A stretch of 64,000 nucleotides of DNA from an uncultured Chloroflexia bacterium. GTDB lineage: Bacteria > Chloroflexota > UBA6077 > JACCZL01. Location: assembly GCA_963765765.1 (NCBI GenBank), contig CAVXYC010000021.1:60591-124590 (forward strand). The letters are read 5' to 3'. Below the pieces are notes generated by a model. That model ran no database searches, had not been told where the DNA came from, and saw only the letters and a program-made list of their open reading frames with translations. Made by a program: the position numbers and the translations under genes. Within the stretch, counting starts at the first letter, position 1. The number at the start of each line of letters is the position of its first letter. Shown piece by piece: positions 1 through 9,904 of this stretch.

Positions 1-62
1 ACCTGGTGCCGGGCACCTCATAGGAGGTCAAGTCCCTAAAATTCGCGTGCGCTCACCGGTCA

Positions 63-227
63 CAGAGCCGCATCCCGTGAGAGTGCGGTTCCTCTGGCGC
101 GAGCCCCTTGACCGATCAACTCGCCTCCGAGCCACGCCCGTACGGAAGCGGCTCCTCTCGCCGAAATCGCCCGACCCATCGCGAGGGATAACTCGGAGGA
201 ACCTTCCTCAGGGGCGTGGCTCGGAGG
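63..227. repeat. REP-like palindromic units (family B, AGAGCCGC-type): one unit plus an inverted doublet
   Basis: 63-95 cagagccgcatcccgtgagagtgcggttcctct matches 14611-14643 with one mismatch. 124-139 cctccgagccacgccc is inverted at 212-227. Confidence 0.7.
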
Positions 228-336
228 TTCTTGATGGCGATATTGCCGGTGTGGTTGTTGGCGGGAGGAACGGCATCAGTACAGGATGCGGCTCTAATCC
301 GATGTGCGAGAGACAGCCGCCGTCCATCGAGGACGG

Positions 337-1944
337 CTATCGTGCGGGACGCGTGTCGCGCCTCAGCACGTCCGCAATATCGTGGTGTCCGTGTCGCTCC
401 GCCCAGCGGATTGGTGTTGCCCAGGGCTTGTCAAGCGGTAGCCTTGGATCCGCGGCCTGCTGTAGGAGCCACGTCACCATTTCGAGTTGGCCGGCGCGGG
501 CGGCCCAGCCGAGCGGTGTTGAACGGAATTCATCGTCGCGTGCATTGATGTCTGCACCGAATTCCAGACACAGCGCCGCGATCTCAATCTGACCGTTCCC
601 GGCAAACCGGTGCAAGGGCGTGATCCCTAGCCAGTTGGTTCGCCGCACATCCGTGCCGTGCTCCAGGAGCCAGCGGGCCATCTCACGAGAGCCCGCATTC
701 CCTAGACGGACCGCCTCGAGAAGATGAGGCTGGTATCGGAGCATGAGCTCCAGGATCTTCTGGTGGCCATTCTCGGTTGCGTTGTGTACCGCCTCTTCCG
801 AGATTGGCAGCGCGGGATTGGCCCCTAGCATCGCCGATACGTGCGGGAGGTTCCCGTCGTAGCACGCGTGCTCGAGCGACAGGACTCCACCGTAAGATCC
901 GAGCAACGTGAGCAGCTCCGGATCACTGCGAGCTGCCCACATACAGCTCCCGCTGGAATCAACGTCGGCATTCGGATTGGCGCCATGCTCGAGAAGCAGT
1001 CGAGCGATCTCCAAATGCTTGCCAAAGACGGCGTTATGCAGGGCTACACCGTGCTCCGCGATGCTTTCAGGTTCGTTGGGGTCGGCGCCTCGCTCCAGGA
1101 GAAGTCTGACGATTTCCGTGTGGCCAGCACGTGCCGCGCATCTTAGAGGGGGGCCAGCGTAGAAGCTCGAGTACGGTGGTACGCGACTGGTGAGATCCGG
1201 CTGCTCGTCCAGGAGCAACCGAACTCTTTCCAGGTCGCCGAGCTTGGCTGCCGTACTGATGTCATAGTCCGCGCCACGCGCTAGCAGATAGCCCGCGAGC
1301 ACCCAGTGGTTCTGGATCGCTGCATCCGGTACGTCTCGCCAGCCGCGATACCAGTAGTCGCCGTTGGTCAGATCGAGCGGCCGCGCGCCATCTGGCCGCC
1401 GAGTGTTGATGTCGGCGCCCCGATTGAGTAGCTCATCGATCATCTGGATCTGGCGCGTCATCACTGCCCAGTGAATCGGTTTGCTGCCGCGCTTGTCGGC
1501 TGAATCTATGAGCTCTGGTTGCTCATCGAGCGCCGCTCGCAATGTCTCAATGTCTCGACTCTGAACGATCGATGCGATCCGTTCACCATCCGGTCCGATG
1601 TGGAAGCGCTCCGCCAGTGTGCGCTCGAGCAAGTGCTCTATCTCCTGGTGTCCCCGATCACGGGCCATCGTGAGCAGTGAATCACCGTATGAATCGTACG
1701 TGGGGTCGGCGCCGTGCTCTAGCAGCAGCCTTACGATCCCGAGGTGGTTTTCCGAAACGGCGAAGCGGATGGGGCGTCGATACTCGAATTCACATTCAAC
1801 AAACCTGCGATCCCGCGCAACTAAGCTGCGGACGGTCTCCAGATCTCCATTACTTGACGCCTGGAACATGGCCCACACGTCCGCTCCCGTCAGCCCATTC
1901 CATGTGCGGTAGGTCGGCGATTTGAGTCGTTCGGGCTGGATCAT
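337..1944 (-). CDS. Ankyrin repeat protein (535 aa)
   Basis: Many ankyrin motifs: PIHWAV, PLRCAARAGHTEIVRLLLERGADPN, TPLHRFAGNG, TPLGWAARAGQLEMV. Confidence 0.92.
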   Translation of the reverse strand: MIQPERLKSPTYRTWNGLTGADVWAMFQASSNGDLETVRSLVARDRRFVECEFEYRRPIRFAVSENHLGIVRLLLEHGADPTYDSYGDSLLTMARDRGHQEIEHLLERTLAERFHIGPDGERIASIVQSRDIETLRAALDEQPELIDSADKRGSKPIHWAVMTRQIQMIDELLNRGADINTRRPDGARPLDLTNGDYWYRGWRDVPDAAIQNHWVLAGYLLARGADYDISTAAKLGDLERVRLLLDEQPDLTSRVPPYSSFYAGPPLRCAARAGHTEIVRLLLERGADPNEPESIAEHGVALHNAVFGKHLEIARLLLEHGANPNADVDSSGSCMWAARSDPELLTLLGSYGGVLSLEHACYDGNLPHVSAMLGANPALPISEEAVHNATENGHQKILELMLRYQPHLLEAVRLGNAGSREMARWLLEHGTDVRRTNWLGITPLHRFAGNGQIEIAALCLEFGADINARDDEFRSTPLGWAARAGQLEMVTWLLQQAADPRLPLDKPWATPIRWAERHGHHDIADVLRRDTRPAR

Positions 1945-1962
1945 GGGGCGCTGACTTCGAAA

Positions 1963-2783
1963 CTAGGGGTGGATGAGCCGACTCGTTGTTGCAACGAGAA
2001 AGCCTTCTCCGCGCTCGAAGAAGTCTCCCACGACCTCGGCGAACGCCTCGGGCCTATCAGCGTCCAACGCGTGGCCGGCGTCATACATCAGTACGAAATT
2101 GCAGCGTGGCAGCGTGGCGCGATAGATCCGCCCCATCTCTGATGGGATGACACGGTCCAACGTGCCGAAAAGCACGAGTACGGGCAGGTCAAGCGTTTCC
2201 ATGGCGCTCAGCAGATTCCGGATCTTGCGCTGGTCCGCGCAGTCGGCTGACGAGGGCTTCCTGCTTGGCGATGATCTCCGGAGCAAGTGGCGCCATCGGC
2301 GGCTGTCGCTCCGGGTGCGCGTAGAGCTGGCCGAGGCGATCTTGCGGCGATACCGGCGGCTGGATTCCTGATTCAGGGTCGAAGGGCGGCGGGCGCTGCC
2401 AGTACGAGTGCGTTCAGTGTCTCTGCGTGTCTGATGGCAAGCCATAGCGCCAATCGACCGCCGAACGAGTTTCCCAGCACTGCGCATCGATCGATGTCGA
2501 TGCCGGCGATGGCCGCGGCCATGGTGTCGGCCAGATCCTGAATTGATTGCGAGCGGTTGTTTTCAGGCGATGTGCCGAATCCAGGCACTTCGAACAGTAC
2601 GACTCGAAACTTCTCGGCAAGCAGCACGTGCGCGGGCGAGACACGAAGACCGCCGGCGCCATGGAAGCATACGAGTGGCTCACCTTCCCCACATTCGAGA
2701 TAGCGGATATGGAAGCCGTCTGCGTCGACGAAGTGCTCGCGAAAATCGGCGGATCTCAACGTGCTGGTTGAAGGTTGGGTCAC
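1963..2783 (-). CDS. Alpha/beta-fold hydrolase (two frameshifts, near 2385 and 2215)
   Basis: FHGAGG oxyanion loop and GNSFGG nucleophile elbow in ORF 2373-2783; PVLVLFGTLDRVI and DAGH in ORF 1963-2487; a third frame bridges them. Confidence 0.85.
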
Positions 2784-2833
2784 TCTTCAGGACTCCTCGA
2801 CGACCGTAGTCAAAGCAGCCTAAGGACTTCTTC

Positions 2834-2916
2834 TCATCCTGGAGCGCAGCGAAGGATCTTCCCAGCGGTATCCAAGACTCTTGGTGGGGAAGATCCTTCG
2901 CTGCGCTCCAGGATGA
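2834..2916. repeat. REP-like inverted doublet (family A, TGTC/CGTC-tagged)
   Basis: tcatcctggagcgcagcgaaggatcttccc ... gggaagatccttcgctgcgctccaggatga; same family at 7714, 9774 and 13295. Confidence 0.85.
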
Positions 2917-3011
2917 CATGGATTTCCTGACCGCGAATATTGAAAGCCGTCGGTAACTGTCAGTAACTATTGCCGGGTTCGTGGCCTGTGATCCCGCGGA
3001 TCCTTGTGCCA

Positions 3012-4112
3012 TCATCCCAGCTCCTGCATGCGTGGAAGCACAGTCGTGCCGAACAGCTCGATGGCTTTGAGTGTCTTGTCTCGCCCGACGGGGCTGAAGC
3101 TGACGTCCAGAATGCCCGCTCCAAGCTCGGATCGAATCCAGCGGACGCGGTCAAAGACGTGGTCGGCATCGCCGGCAATGAGCTGGCCCAGCGAGATGCG
3201 CTCATCCAGCTCTCGTGCCTGCAGGCGGTCTTGCTGCGTGTGCGCGTCGCGACCATAGTAGCCGGCGGTGGCGGCGGCTGAGTCGAGTGCGCGGTTGCTC
3301 ATGGCATAACCGGGGCGACGTTGGCTGGCACCGGTGGCGATGAGATCATCCATCGCCTGCTGCGTCGTGTCGGCCACGTGGACGGTGAGGCGATAGAGCA
3401 CGTGATCCGGCGTCGGCTCCCATCCAGCTTCGGTTGCTTTCGCTCGGTAGTAGGTCGCCGCTTCTCGTGCGAGCGGCACGGTGGTAAACGCAAATCCCAG
3501 ATGAAGGCGATTGCGCGCGGCGAACTCACCCGACTCGGGACTGGAGCCGGAAATGTAGATTGGTGGGTGCGGACTTTGTACGGGGCGCGGCCAGATAGAG
3601 ATCGTGCGTTGCTGATAGAAGCGGCCCTGCCAACCGAATGGCTGTGGCTCAGTCCACGCTCTCACGATGAGTTCCAGCGCCTCCTCTAGCCGCTCTCGCG
3701 ACTCGGCTGGATTGACGTTGTAAGTCACGTATTCGTTCGACGTGCCGCGCAGCATGCCAGCGATGAGACGCCCGTTGGTGAGCGTATCCAACATGGCGAA
3801 TTCTTCCGCTACGCGCACCGGGTTCAGAATGGGCACGGTGGCGCCCAGCAAGGCAATCTTGGCTCGCTTCACGCGCTGCGTGAGCGCGCCGGCCAGGACC
3901 ATGGGATTGGGCGTCAATGACATCGGCGCGAAGTGATGCTCGGCCACGGTCACCCAGTCGAACCCAAGCTGATCCGCCATCTCGAACTGCTCGAGCGCCG
4001 CCTGCATCGACCGCTCGGCCACCTCGCTTGAGTACGTCTGCCCCGGAACAGGCCATTGCACCGGGCCTGACGGAGCCTGGTAAGGCACCGAGGAGAAGAG
4101 AGCGGCTTTCAT
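3012..4112 (-). CDS. LLM-class (luciferase-like) flavin-dependent oxidoreductase
   Basis: ADQLGFDWVTVAEHHF, PVRVAEEFAMLDTLTNGRL, WPRPVQSPHPPIY. Confidence 0.92.
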   Translation of the reverse strand: MKAALFSSVPYQAPSGPVQWPVPGQTYSSEVAERSMQAALEQFEMADQLGFDWVTVAEHHFAPMSLTPNPMVLAGALTQRVKRAKIALLGATVPILNPVRVAEEFAMLDTLTNGRLIAGMLRGTSNEYVTYNVNPAESRERLEEALELIVRAWTEPQPFGWQGRFYQQRTISIWPRPVQSPHPPIYISGSSPESGEFAARNRLHLGFAFTTVPLAREAATYYRAKATEAGWEPTPDHVLYRLTVHVADTTQQAMDDLIATGASQRRPGYAMSNRALDSAAATAGYYGRDAHTQQDRLQARELDERISLGQLIAGDADHVFDRVRWIRSELGAGILDVSFSPVGRDKTLKAIELFGTTVLPRMQELG

Positions 4113-4202
4113 GTCAATTGGTAACTTGATTGGTGGGCAGAGGCGACCACGGGCACTGCATCTACGGTGGGGTCTTTGTCCTAAGCACCGGTGATCTACC
4201 TC

Positions 4203-5582
4203 TTATTCCCGATCCCGCTGCCCAACTTGCTCCAGAATATTCCGCTTGGCGAAGAATGGCCCGGTCGGGTGCTCGATGGTTCGGGCGTGGTGCCAGTCGC
4301 TCAAAGCATCGGTCCATTTCACATTCGTGGGCAGCATGGCGAGGCATGACCGCAGGGTATAGAAATCAGGCCGATCAGCGCCTGGCGGTGGAGTGCCGTT
4401 GTCTCGCAATGCCTTTGCCGCGGCAATGAGACGTCTGCGCACACGGATGAGGGCGGCGTCAGCCGTGCCCAGATGCTCCTTGGTGCGGTCCATGATGGGG
4501 CCCATGCTCGTAATAACCGCATGATCCTGCAGCCGAATTCCAGCGATACCCGTGAAGTTCTTCTCCTTCTGGATATCGCGCCGCATTCCCCACTCGTTCT
4601 CCTTGTTCAGCACCGGCCACCAGTTGGGATATGGCTTGCCGTGCTGCTCGGGCTTCATGGGACCCACTCCGCGAATAAGCTCACCTGTCGGCTTGGGCGC
4701 ATCAAGGTTTGGCTTTCCGTCGCCCTGATACGCGGTGGATGGATGCCAGAACACGCCCATGTGAATAGTGTGCTCGTCGTCGACCGGAAGGTAGATCGAG
4801 AGCGGCACGGTGCCGTCATCAGACCCGCCAGGAAACATACCGTAGATAGGAAACAGGAATTGAGTGGTTCGCCAGTAATACGTGGTCTCGCCGTTGTACT
4901 CTTCGGTCCGACGACCGCCGTACATGATGCCGTAGTCAGTATCGAGCACTTCCAGGTGGGCAGCCCGGTCCTCGACGTAGGCGCCATATGTGGCTGAGAC
5001 GTCGGGCTTGAGCCGTGCGTGCAGGAAATACACGTGGCTGGTATCGAACTCGCCCTCCAGCGCCTGCATCCAGTTGCACTCGTACATGACCTTGTGTGAG
5101 TGCTTGCGCTGGGCGTCTGGAACGAGTCCCCACTCAAATCTGGGTACCTCGGGTGGATGCTCCTGATCGCGGCCCCATGTAGACCCACGTCATGCCGCCG
5201 AAGTCAGCGCCGCGATAGGCGCCCACTTTCACTTTGTGCTTGAAATTGCTCTCCGGTGGCTCGTTGGGCATATCCACGCATGCGCCGGAAGTGTACGAAC
5301 TTCCAGCCGTGGTAGACGCATCGCAGCCCGCATTCCTCATTGCGCCCGAAGAACAGCGACGCGCCTCGGTGCGGGCAATTCTCCGAGACGAAACTGGGCG
5401 CACCATTGGAGTCGCGCCAGGCAATGAGATCTTCGCCGAGCACGCGTACGCGTTGTGGCGGGGCCGTCCGGCTCGATCTCCCAGGTGTACAGGACGGGCA
5501 TCCAGTAGCGCCGCATGAGTGCGCCCATGGGCGTGCCCGGTCCGATTCGACACAACAGGTCAGTGTCTTCTCTGGAAAGCAT
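4203..5582 (-). CDS. Rieske non-heme iron oxygenase alpha subunit, phthalate 4,5-dioxygenase/LigX-like (three frameshifts)
   Basis: N-terminus GPGTPMGALMRRYW; Rieske CPHRG...CVYHGW; mononuclear Fe site NWMQALEGEFDTSHVYFLH; C-terminal QDHAV and DRTKEHLG, spread over four reading segments. Confidence 0.9.
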
Positions 5583-5670
5583 GCTTGGCCTCTCCCCGCT
5601 ATGATTCGCTGAAGTGGGACGCGAGGATCAGGGTATGACAGGAGTATCTCGCCATCGTGCCCGCATGGCA

Positions 5671-5707
5671 AACGAAAAGCGCCCCGTCAGGATTAACGGG
5701 CGCTTTC
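5671..5707 (-). terminator. Intrinsic terminator of glnII
   Basis: Minus-strand hairpin aaagcgcccgt...acggggcgctttt followed by a U-rich tail, about 35 bp after the stop codon. Confidence 0.7.
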
Positions 5708-5740
5708 CTTGGGAGGAGTGATGATCGAGTGTTTGTGCTG

Positions 5741-6781
5741 TTAGAGGTCGCCATCCGCGGCGCCGCAGACAGACTCCACAATCAGCCGTGTTACGACATA
5801 GGGGTCCATGTTGGCGTTCGGTCGACGATCTTCGATGTAGCCTTTTTTATCCTGAGCAACTTGCCAGGGAATTCGGACGGATGCCCCACGGTGGGAGACC
5901 CCGTACGAGAAGTCCTTATAGGAGGCAGTTTCATGCTGCCCCGTGAGGCGATCTTCGATGCCGAAGCCGTAGTTCGAGACGTGAAGCTCATGTCGTTTCC
6001 CTAACGCTTCCGCGGCCGCGATACATGCGTCATAGCTCTCGCGCATCTCAACAGTCGAGAAGTTCGTGTGGCACCCAGCGCCGTTCCAGTCGCCCTTCAC
6101 AGGCTTCGGGTCCAGTCGCGCTGAGATGTTATTGCCAGTGTCGGTGTGGAAATCCTCACCGGTGCGGTAGAGGATCCAGCGCGCAAGCCAGAGCTGATCG
6201 GCGACCGCCGGAGTAGGCACGGGGCCAATTTGGAACTCCCACTGCCCGGGCATGACTTCAGCGTTGATTCCTGAGACCTTGAGACCGGCTTTGAGACAGT
6301 TCTCAAGGTGCGCTTCGACGACAGGTCGGCCGAACACTTCGTCCGCACCGACACCACAGTAGTAACCACCCTGCGGCGCGGGGAAGCCGTTGTCGGGCCA
6401 GCCAAGGGGCTTGATGCCATCGAAGAAGGTGTACTCCTGCTCGAGTCCGAACCAGGTGTCGTGCTTGGCGTACTTCTCAGCGATCTCTCGGCAGGCCGCG
6501 CGCTTGTTCGTTGGGTGAGGCTCACCGTTCACCAGGAAGACTTCGCACATCACCAGCTTGTGCGGCTCACCGCGGAACGGATCGTCGCAGACGTAGACTG
6601 GCTTGAGAACGCAGTCGGACCGATCGCCCGTAGCCTGCTCTGTGCTGGAGCCGTCAAAGCCCCAGATCCCGGGCTCCTCGCCCAGTGGGATGACCTTACC
6701 CTTAGATCGTAGCTTCTGGGTTGGCTCGGTACCGTCGATCCAGATGTACTCGGCCTTGTAGAAATCGTACTTCTGTGGCAC
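5741..6781 (-). CDS. glnII: Glutamine synthetase type II
   Basis: 346 aa; AEYIWIDG, WGFDGSST, WFGLEQEY, QGGYYCGVG, NAEVMPGQWEFQIGP, DWNGAGCHTNFST, RGASVRIP, GYIEDRRP: GSII signatures and length. Confidence 0.95.
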   Translation of the reverse strand: MPQKYDFYKAEYIWIDGTEPTQKLRSKGKVIPLGEEPGIWGFDGSSTEQATGDRSDCVLKPVYVCDDPFRGEPHKLVMCEVFLVNGEPHPTNKRAACREIAEKYAKHDTWFGLEQEYTFFDGIKPLGWPDNGFPAPQGGYYCGVGADEVFGRPVVEAHLENCLKAGLKVSGINAEVMPGQWEFQIGPVPTPAVADQLWLARWILYRTGEDFHTDTGNNISARLDPKPVKGDWNGAGCHTNFSTVEMRESYDACIAAAEALGKRHELHVSNYGFGIEDRLTGQHETASYKDFSYGVSHRGASVRIPWQVAQDKKGYIEDRRPNANMDPYVVTRLIVESVCGAADGDL

Positions 6782-7151
6782 GCTGGCTCACCATCCTTTA
6801 TGTTCGTGGTCTCACCGCTCGGCTCGAAAGCTCGAGTCAGCGCCCTCACCGTGTGTGGCGAGGATAGCTTCCGCTCCGACCCACGAACAATGTGTACGCT
6901 GCATACTAATCGGCCCAGGGGATCGTACAGACTGCACAATGGTGAAGGGTCCGCTACAGGGCCTATTGACCCGGACGCAGAGAAGTGACCCCGCTCTCCA
7001 ACGTGTCTAATGCGGAGGTTGACCATTGTTGTCGCGGCGCGTCTGTGCCGGGCAGTGTGCACAATCGAGGTCCTGTTCGGGACGAACGATGCTAAGCCAG
7101 TGGAGGGCCGCAGATCGTAACGCCGCCTAATGTAGCTATGAAGGAGAAGCC

Positions 7152-7691
7152 ATGAGTCGACTACCCGAGCTCAAACGAGAAGATTTGTCGCCAGACGAGC
7201 AGGTCATCCTTGATCGGGTGCTTGCTACACGTAGCGGCCTTGGTGGGCCCACCGGAGTGCTCATGTATGTGCCTGAGCTGGCCGGACGCATGGCCGCGGC
7301 CGAGGACTACTTGCGTATGGAGACGGAGCTTCCGGGCGCCGATCGCGAGCTGGTCATTCTCGCTACGGCTCGCGAGGTTGGCGCCCGATATGCCTGGGCG
7401 CGCCATGAGCGCCGCGCCGCGCAAGACGGTACGCGGCCTGAGGCGGTGGAGATTCTCCGCGCGCATGGATCCTTGGATGGCCTCACCCCGCGCGAGCGGA
7501 TGCTGGTCGATGTAGTCCACGCACTCATTCGCACCCGGGCACTACCGGATGAGTTGTACAACCGCGCTGAGGCCGAGCTCGGCAGAAAGCAGCTTGTGGA
7601 GACAGTCGCGCTCATTGGCCACTACAACGGCATCGGATTTCTGCTCAATGCTTTTGAGGTGCCACCACCAGCGGACATGCCGAACTTTTAG
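7152..7691 (+). CDS. Carboxymuconolactone decarboxylase/AhpD-like family protein
   Basis: RELVILATARE...YAWARH and LVETVALIGHY; RBS aaggag upstream. Confidence 0.85.
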   Translation: MSRLPELKREDLSPDEQVILDRVLATRSGLGGPTGVLMYVPELAGRMAAAEDYLRMETELPGADRELVILATAREVGARYAWARHERRAAQDGTRPEAVEILRAHGSLDGLTPRERMLVDVVHALIRTRALPDELYNRAEAELGRKQLVETVALIGHYNGIGFLLNAFEVPPPADMPNF

Positions 7692-7713
7692 TTCTGGGCA
7701 GGCATCGGAAGTT

Positions 7714-7799
7714 TGTCATCCTGAGCGCAGCGAAGGATCTTCCCCACCGAATAAGGATGAGTCCGGTGGGGAAGATCCTTCGCTGCGCTCAGGATGACA
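7714..7799. repeat. REP-like inverted doublet (family A) between convergent genes
   Basis: Perfect 36-bp arms tgtcatcctgagcgcagcgaaggatcttccccaccg / cggtggggaagatccttcgctgcgctcaggatgaca. Confidence 0.9.
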
Positions 7800-7897
7800 G
7801 TGACTCTTGGGGCCGATCAGTAAATTGAACTAATCTAGGTGAGTTCAGGATGAAGAGGTAAGTTGCGAACTCCCGGCACACCCATCTAACTCATTAC

Positions 7898-8715
7898 TCA
7901 TGACTTATTAGGAGGGTCGCTGCACCGGACCGGTCCCGCGACCGTTCCGCCCTGGATGCGGTCTACGTCGATGATGAGCGCTCCGCCCTTCTCCATCAGT
8001 GGATCGTGATTGCGCTCCACCTCCGGCACGATATCGAATACGTGCTGTCGAACGGCGGGATCGGGATCGAAGTGACCGCGGCCCTGGATGAGCACCGTTG
8101 ACCGGGTCTTCTGGTCGCGATAGAGGAATCGCAATAGCCAGGATTCTTCTCCAGCGACTTTGCGAGTCCACCTTCCGTGCTGCGAATCCAGGCGCAAAGC
8201 TGGAGGTCGCCATACACCTGAATACTGCCGCGCAGCGAGAGCACCGGCTGGTTCTGCTCGTTCACGTATGCCACGGACATTGGTGTGCCATTCGCTAAAG
8301 CGTTGTTGATCAAGCCACGAACGACGTCGGGAATCTTGTCCGTCGGCGTTGGCGGCGCCTGCGGAGTGATCTCCATGGTGATGTGATTGATCTTGTCCTG
8401 CGGGTTGAAACCGAAGGTCAGCTTCGCCGACTTCGGCGCAGCACCAAGGGGCGGGAAATCAGCGGTCACAACCGTCGAGCCGTTCTGAGACATAGGGGCC
8501 GACCAGAATCCCTGCGTGTACACCGCCGTATTCGGCCAGATGCCGGTGATGAGCTTGACCACCGCGTCCTTGCCCTTGGTCTCAGTGGAGCCTTGCTTGA
8601 GCACGACATCGTCAGCCAGGTGCGAGGCCGCGATCTTTCCCGCCGGCGCCTCGCCCGTGCGGACTGATTGCGTGACGGCGCGGGCCGCCTCACTGCGTGT
8701 ATCCATAATCATCAC
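7898..8715 (-). CDS. Two-domain protein: NTF2/SnoaL-like N-terminus plus pyridoxamine 5'-phosphate oxidase-like split barrel (frameshift near 8140)
   Basis: HLADDVVLK...GKDAV...LTFGFNPQDKINHI, then SVAYVNEQNQPVLSLRGS...WIR...LEKNP continuing in ORF 7898-8197 (LYRDQKTR..IQGRG..IIDVDRIQG). Confidence 0.6.
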
Positions 8716-8838
8716 CTCCCAATTTGAGCGAAAGCTCCGGCGATTCTATCAGGCGCCCGTGAGCGCGGTGTGCGGACGCCACTCTCGATTCTCGCGGATA
8801 TCTGAGGTATGCCTGAGGATTAAAGTTGGCGCCCCTCG

Positions 8839-9717
8839 TTAGTCAAAGAATCCGGCGATGCTCTGGGCTCGACGCGAAGCCAGCTCCCTTCGAGCGGACT
8901 GCTGACCGAAACGACGCCTCAATGAGCTGCCGCCGAGGACGAGCGCAAAGACGGACGTGGACACAAGGACAATCGTTGCTCCACTTGCAACGTCCAGGAA
9001 ATAGCTCAAATAGACGCCAGCCACCCCGCATCCCGCACCGATCAAGGCAGCCAGCCATAACATGCGACTAAAGCTATCCGTCAGCAACCGCGCGATGATC
9101 GCCGGTGTCACGATCGCGGCCGCGATGAGCGTCACGCCCATCACCTGCATGGAAGCGATGACGGTGGCTGCCAGCACAAGCGCCATGATCATCTCCGTCC
9201 GGGAAGCGGGCACCCCGTAGATCGGAGCGACCTCTGGGTCGAAAGTGGCAAACAAGAGCTGCTTGTAGAACAGGAAGAACACGGCCACGGCCAGCGCGCA
9301 GACTCCCGCGATGACCCACAGGTCCTCATTCGTTACGCCCAGAATGTTGCCGAAAAGGGCCGCGTCGAAATTGCGGGTGAATCGTCGATGCCGACTGATC
9401 AGCGCTACGCCCACGGCAAAGCTGGCCGTGGTGATGATGCCGATGGCCGCATCAGCGCCGATCTGCCGCTTGCGGCTCAGAGCATTGATGAGCAGCGCCG
9501 AGACCAACCCCCAGAGACCGGCCCCAACATAGAAGTTGAGCTGCATGACATAGCTCGCCACCGCGCCGCCAAAGACGGCATGCGAAAGCCCGTGGCCGAT
9601 GTAGCTCATGCGGCGCAAAACGATGTACACGCCGACCAGCCCACACAGCCCGCCCACGAGCACCGCCGCGATGAGGCCTCGGACGAAGAAGTCATACCGG
9701 AAGGGGTCCAGGAGCAC
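8839..9717 (-). CDS. Metal (Zn/Mn) ABC transporter permease, ZnuB/MntB family
   Basis: GVYIVLRRMSYIGHGLSH, DAAIGI, LFGNILGV, ATFDPEVA, SGATIVL. Confidence 0.93.
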   Translation of the reverse strand: MLLDPFRYDFFVRGLIAAVLVGGLCGLVGVYIVLRRMSYIGHGLSHAVFGGAVASYVMQLNFYVGAGLWGLVSALLINALSRKRQIGADAAIGIITTASFAVGVALISRHRRFTRNFDAALFGNILGVTNEDLWVIAGVCALAVAVFFLFYKQLLFATFDPEVAPIYGVPASRTEMIMALVLAATVIASMQVMGVTLIAAAIVTPAIIARLLTDSFSRMLWLAALIGAGCGVAGVYLSYFLDVASGATIVLVSTSVFALVLGGSSLRRRFGQQSARRELASRRAQSIAGFFD

Positions 9718-9773
9718 GAGCTAAGAAACCGATTCGCGGGCGCAGCAAAGTCGAAATCGGTGTTCAACTTCGA

Positions 9774-9865
9774 CGACTGTCATTCTGAGTGCCGCGAAGG
9801 ATCTTCCGTTCGAGCACATTGAGTTCGTCGGGGAAGATCCTTCGCCGCACTCAGGATGGCAGTCG
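9774..9865. repeat. REP-like inverted doublet (family A, diverged) inside the metal ABC operon
   Basis: cgactgtcattctgagtgccgcgaaggatcttcc ... ggaagatccttcgccgcactcaggatggcagtcg. Confidence 0.8.
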
Positions 9866-9904
9866 CTACAGGCGGGGAAAGCCATTGCTCTGTTGGTTGT
9901 CAAT

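Noticed and set aside
2373-2375. TGA ending the hydrolase N-terminal ORF (also 30864) as selenocysteine
   Set aside because: Homology continues in a different frame, so these are indels, not readthrough sites.
6782-7150. NtrC/GlnR box or sigma-54 promoter for glnII
   Set aside because: tgcacaat occurs twice, but the spacing fits neither the NtrC dyad nor GG-N10-GC.
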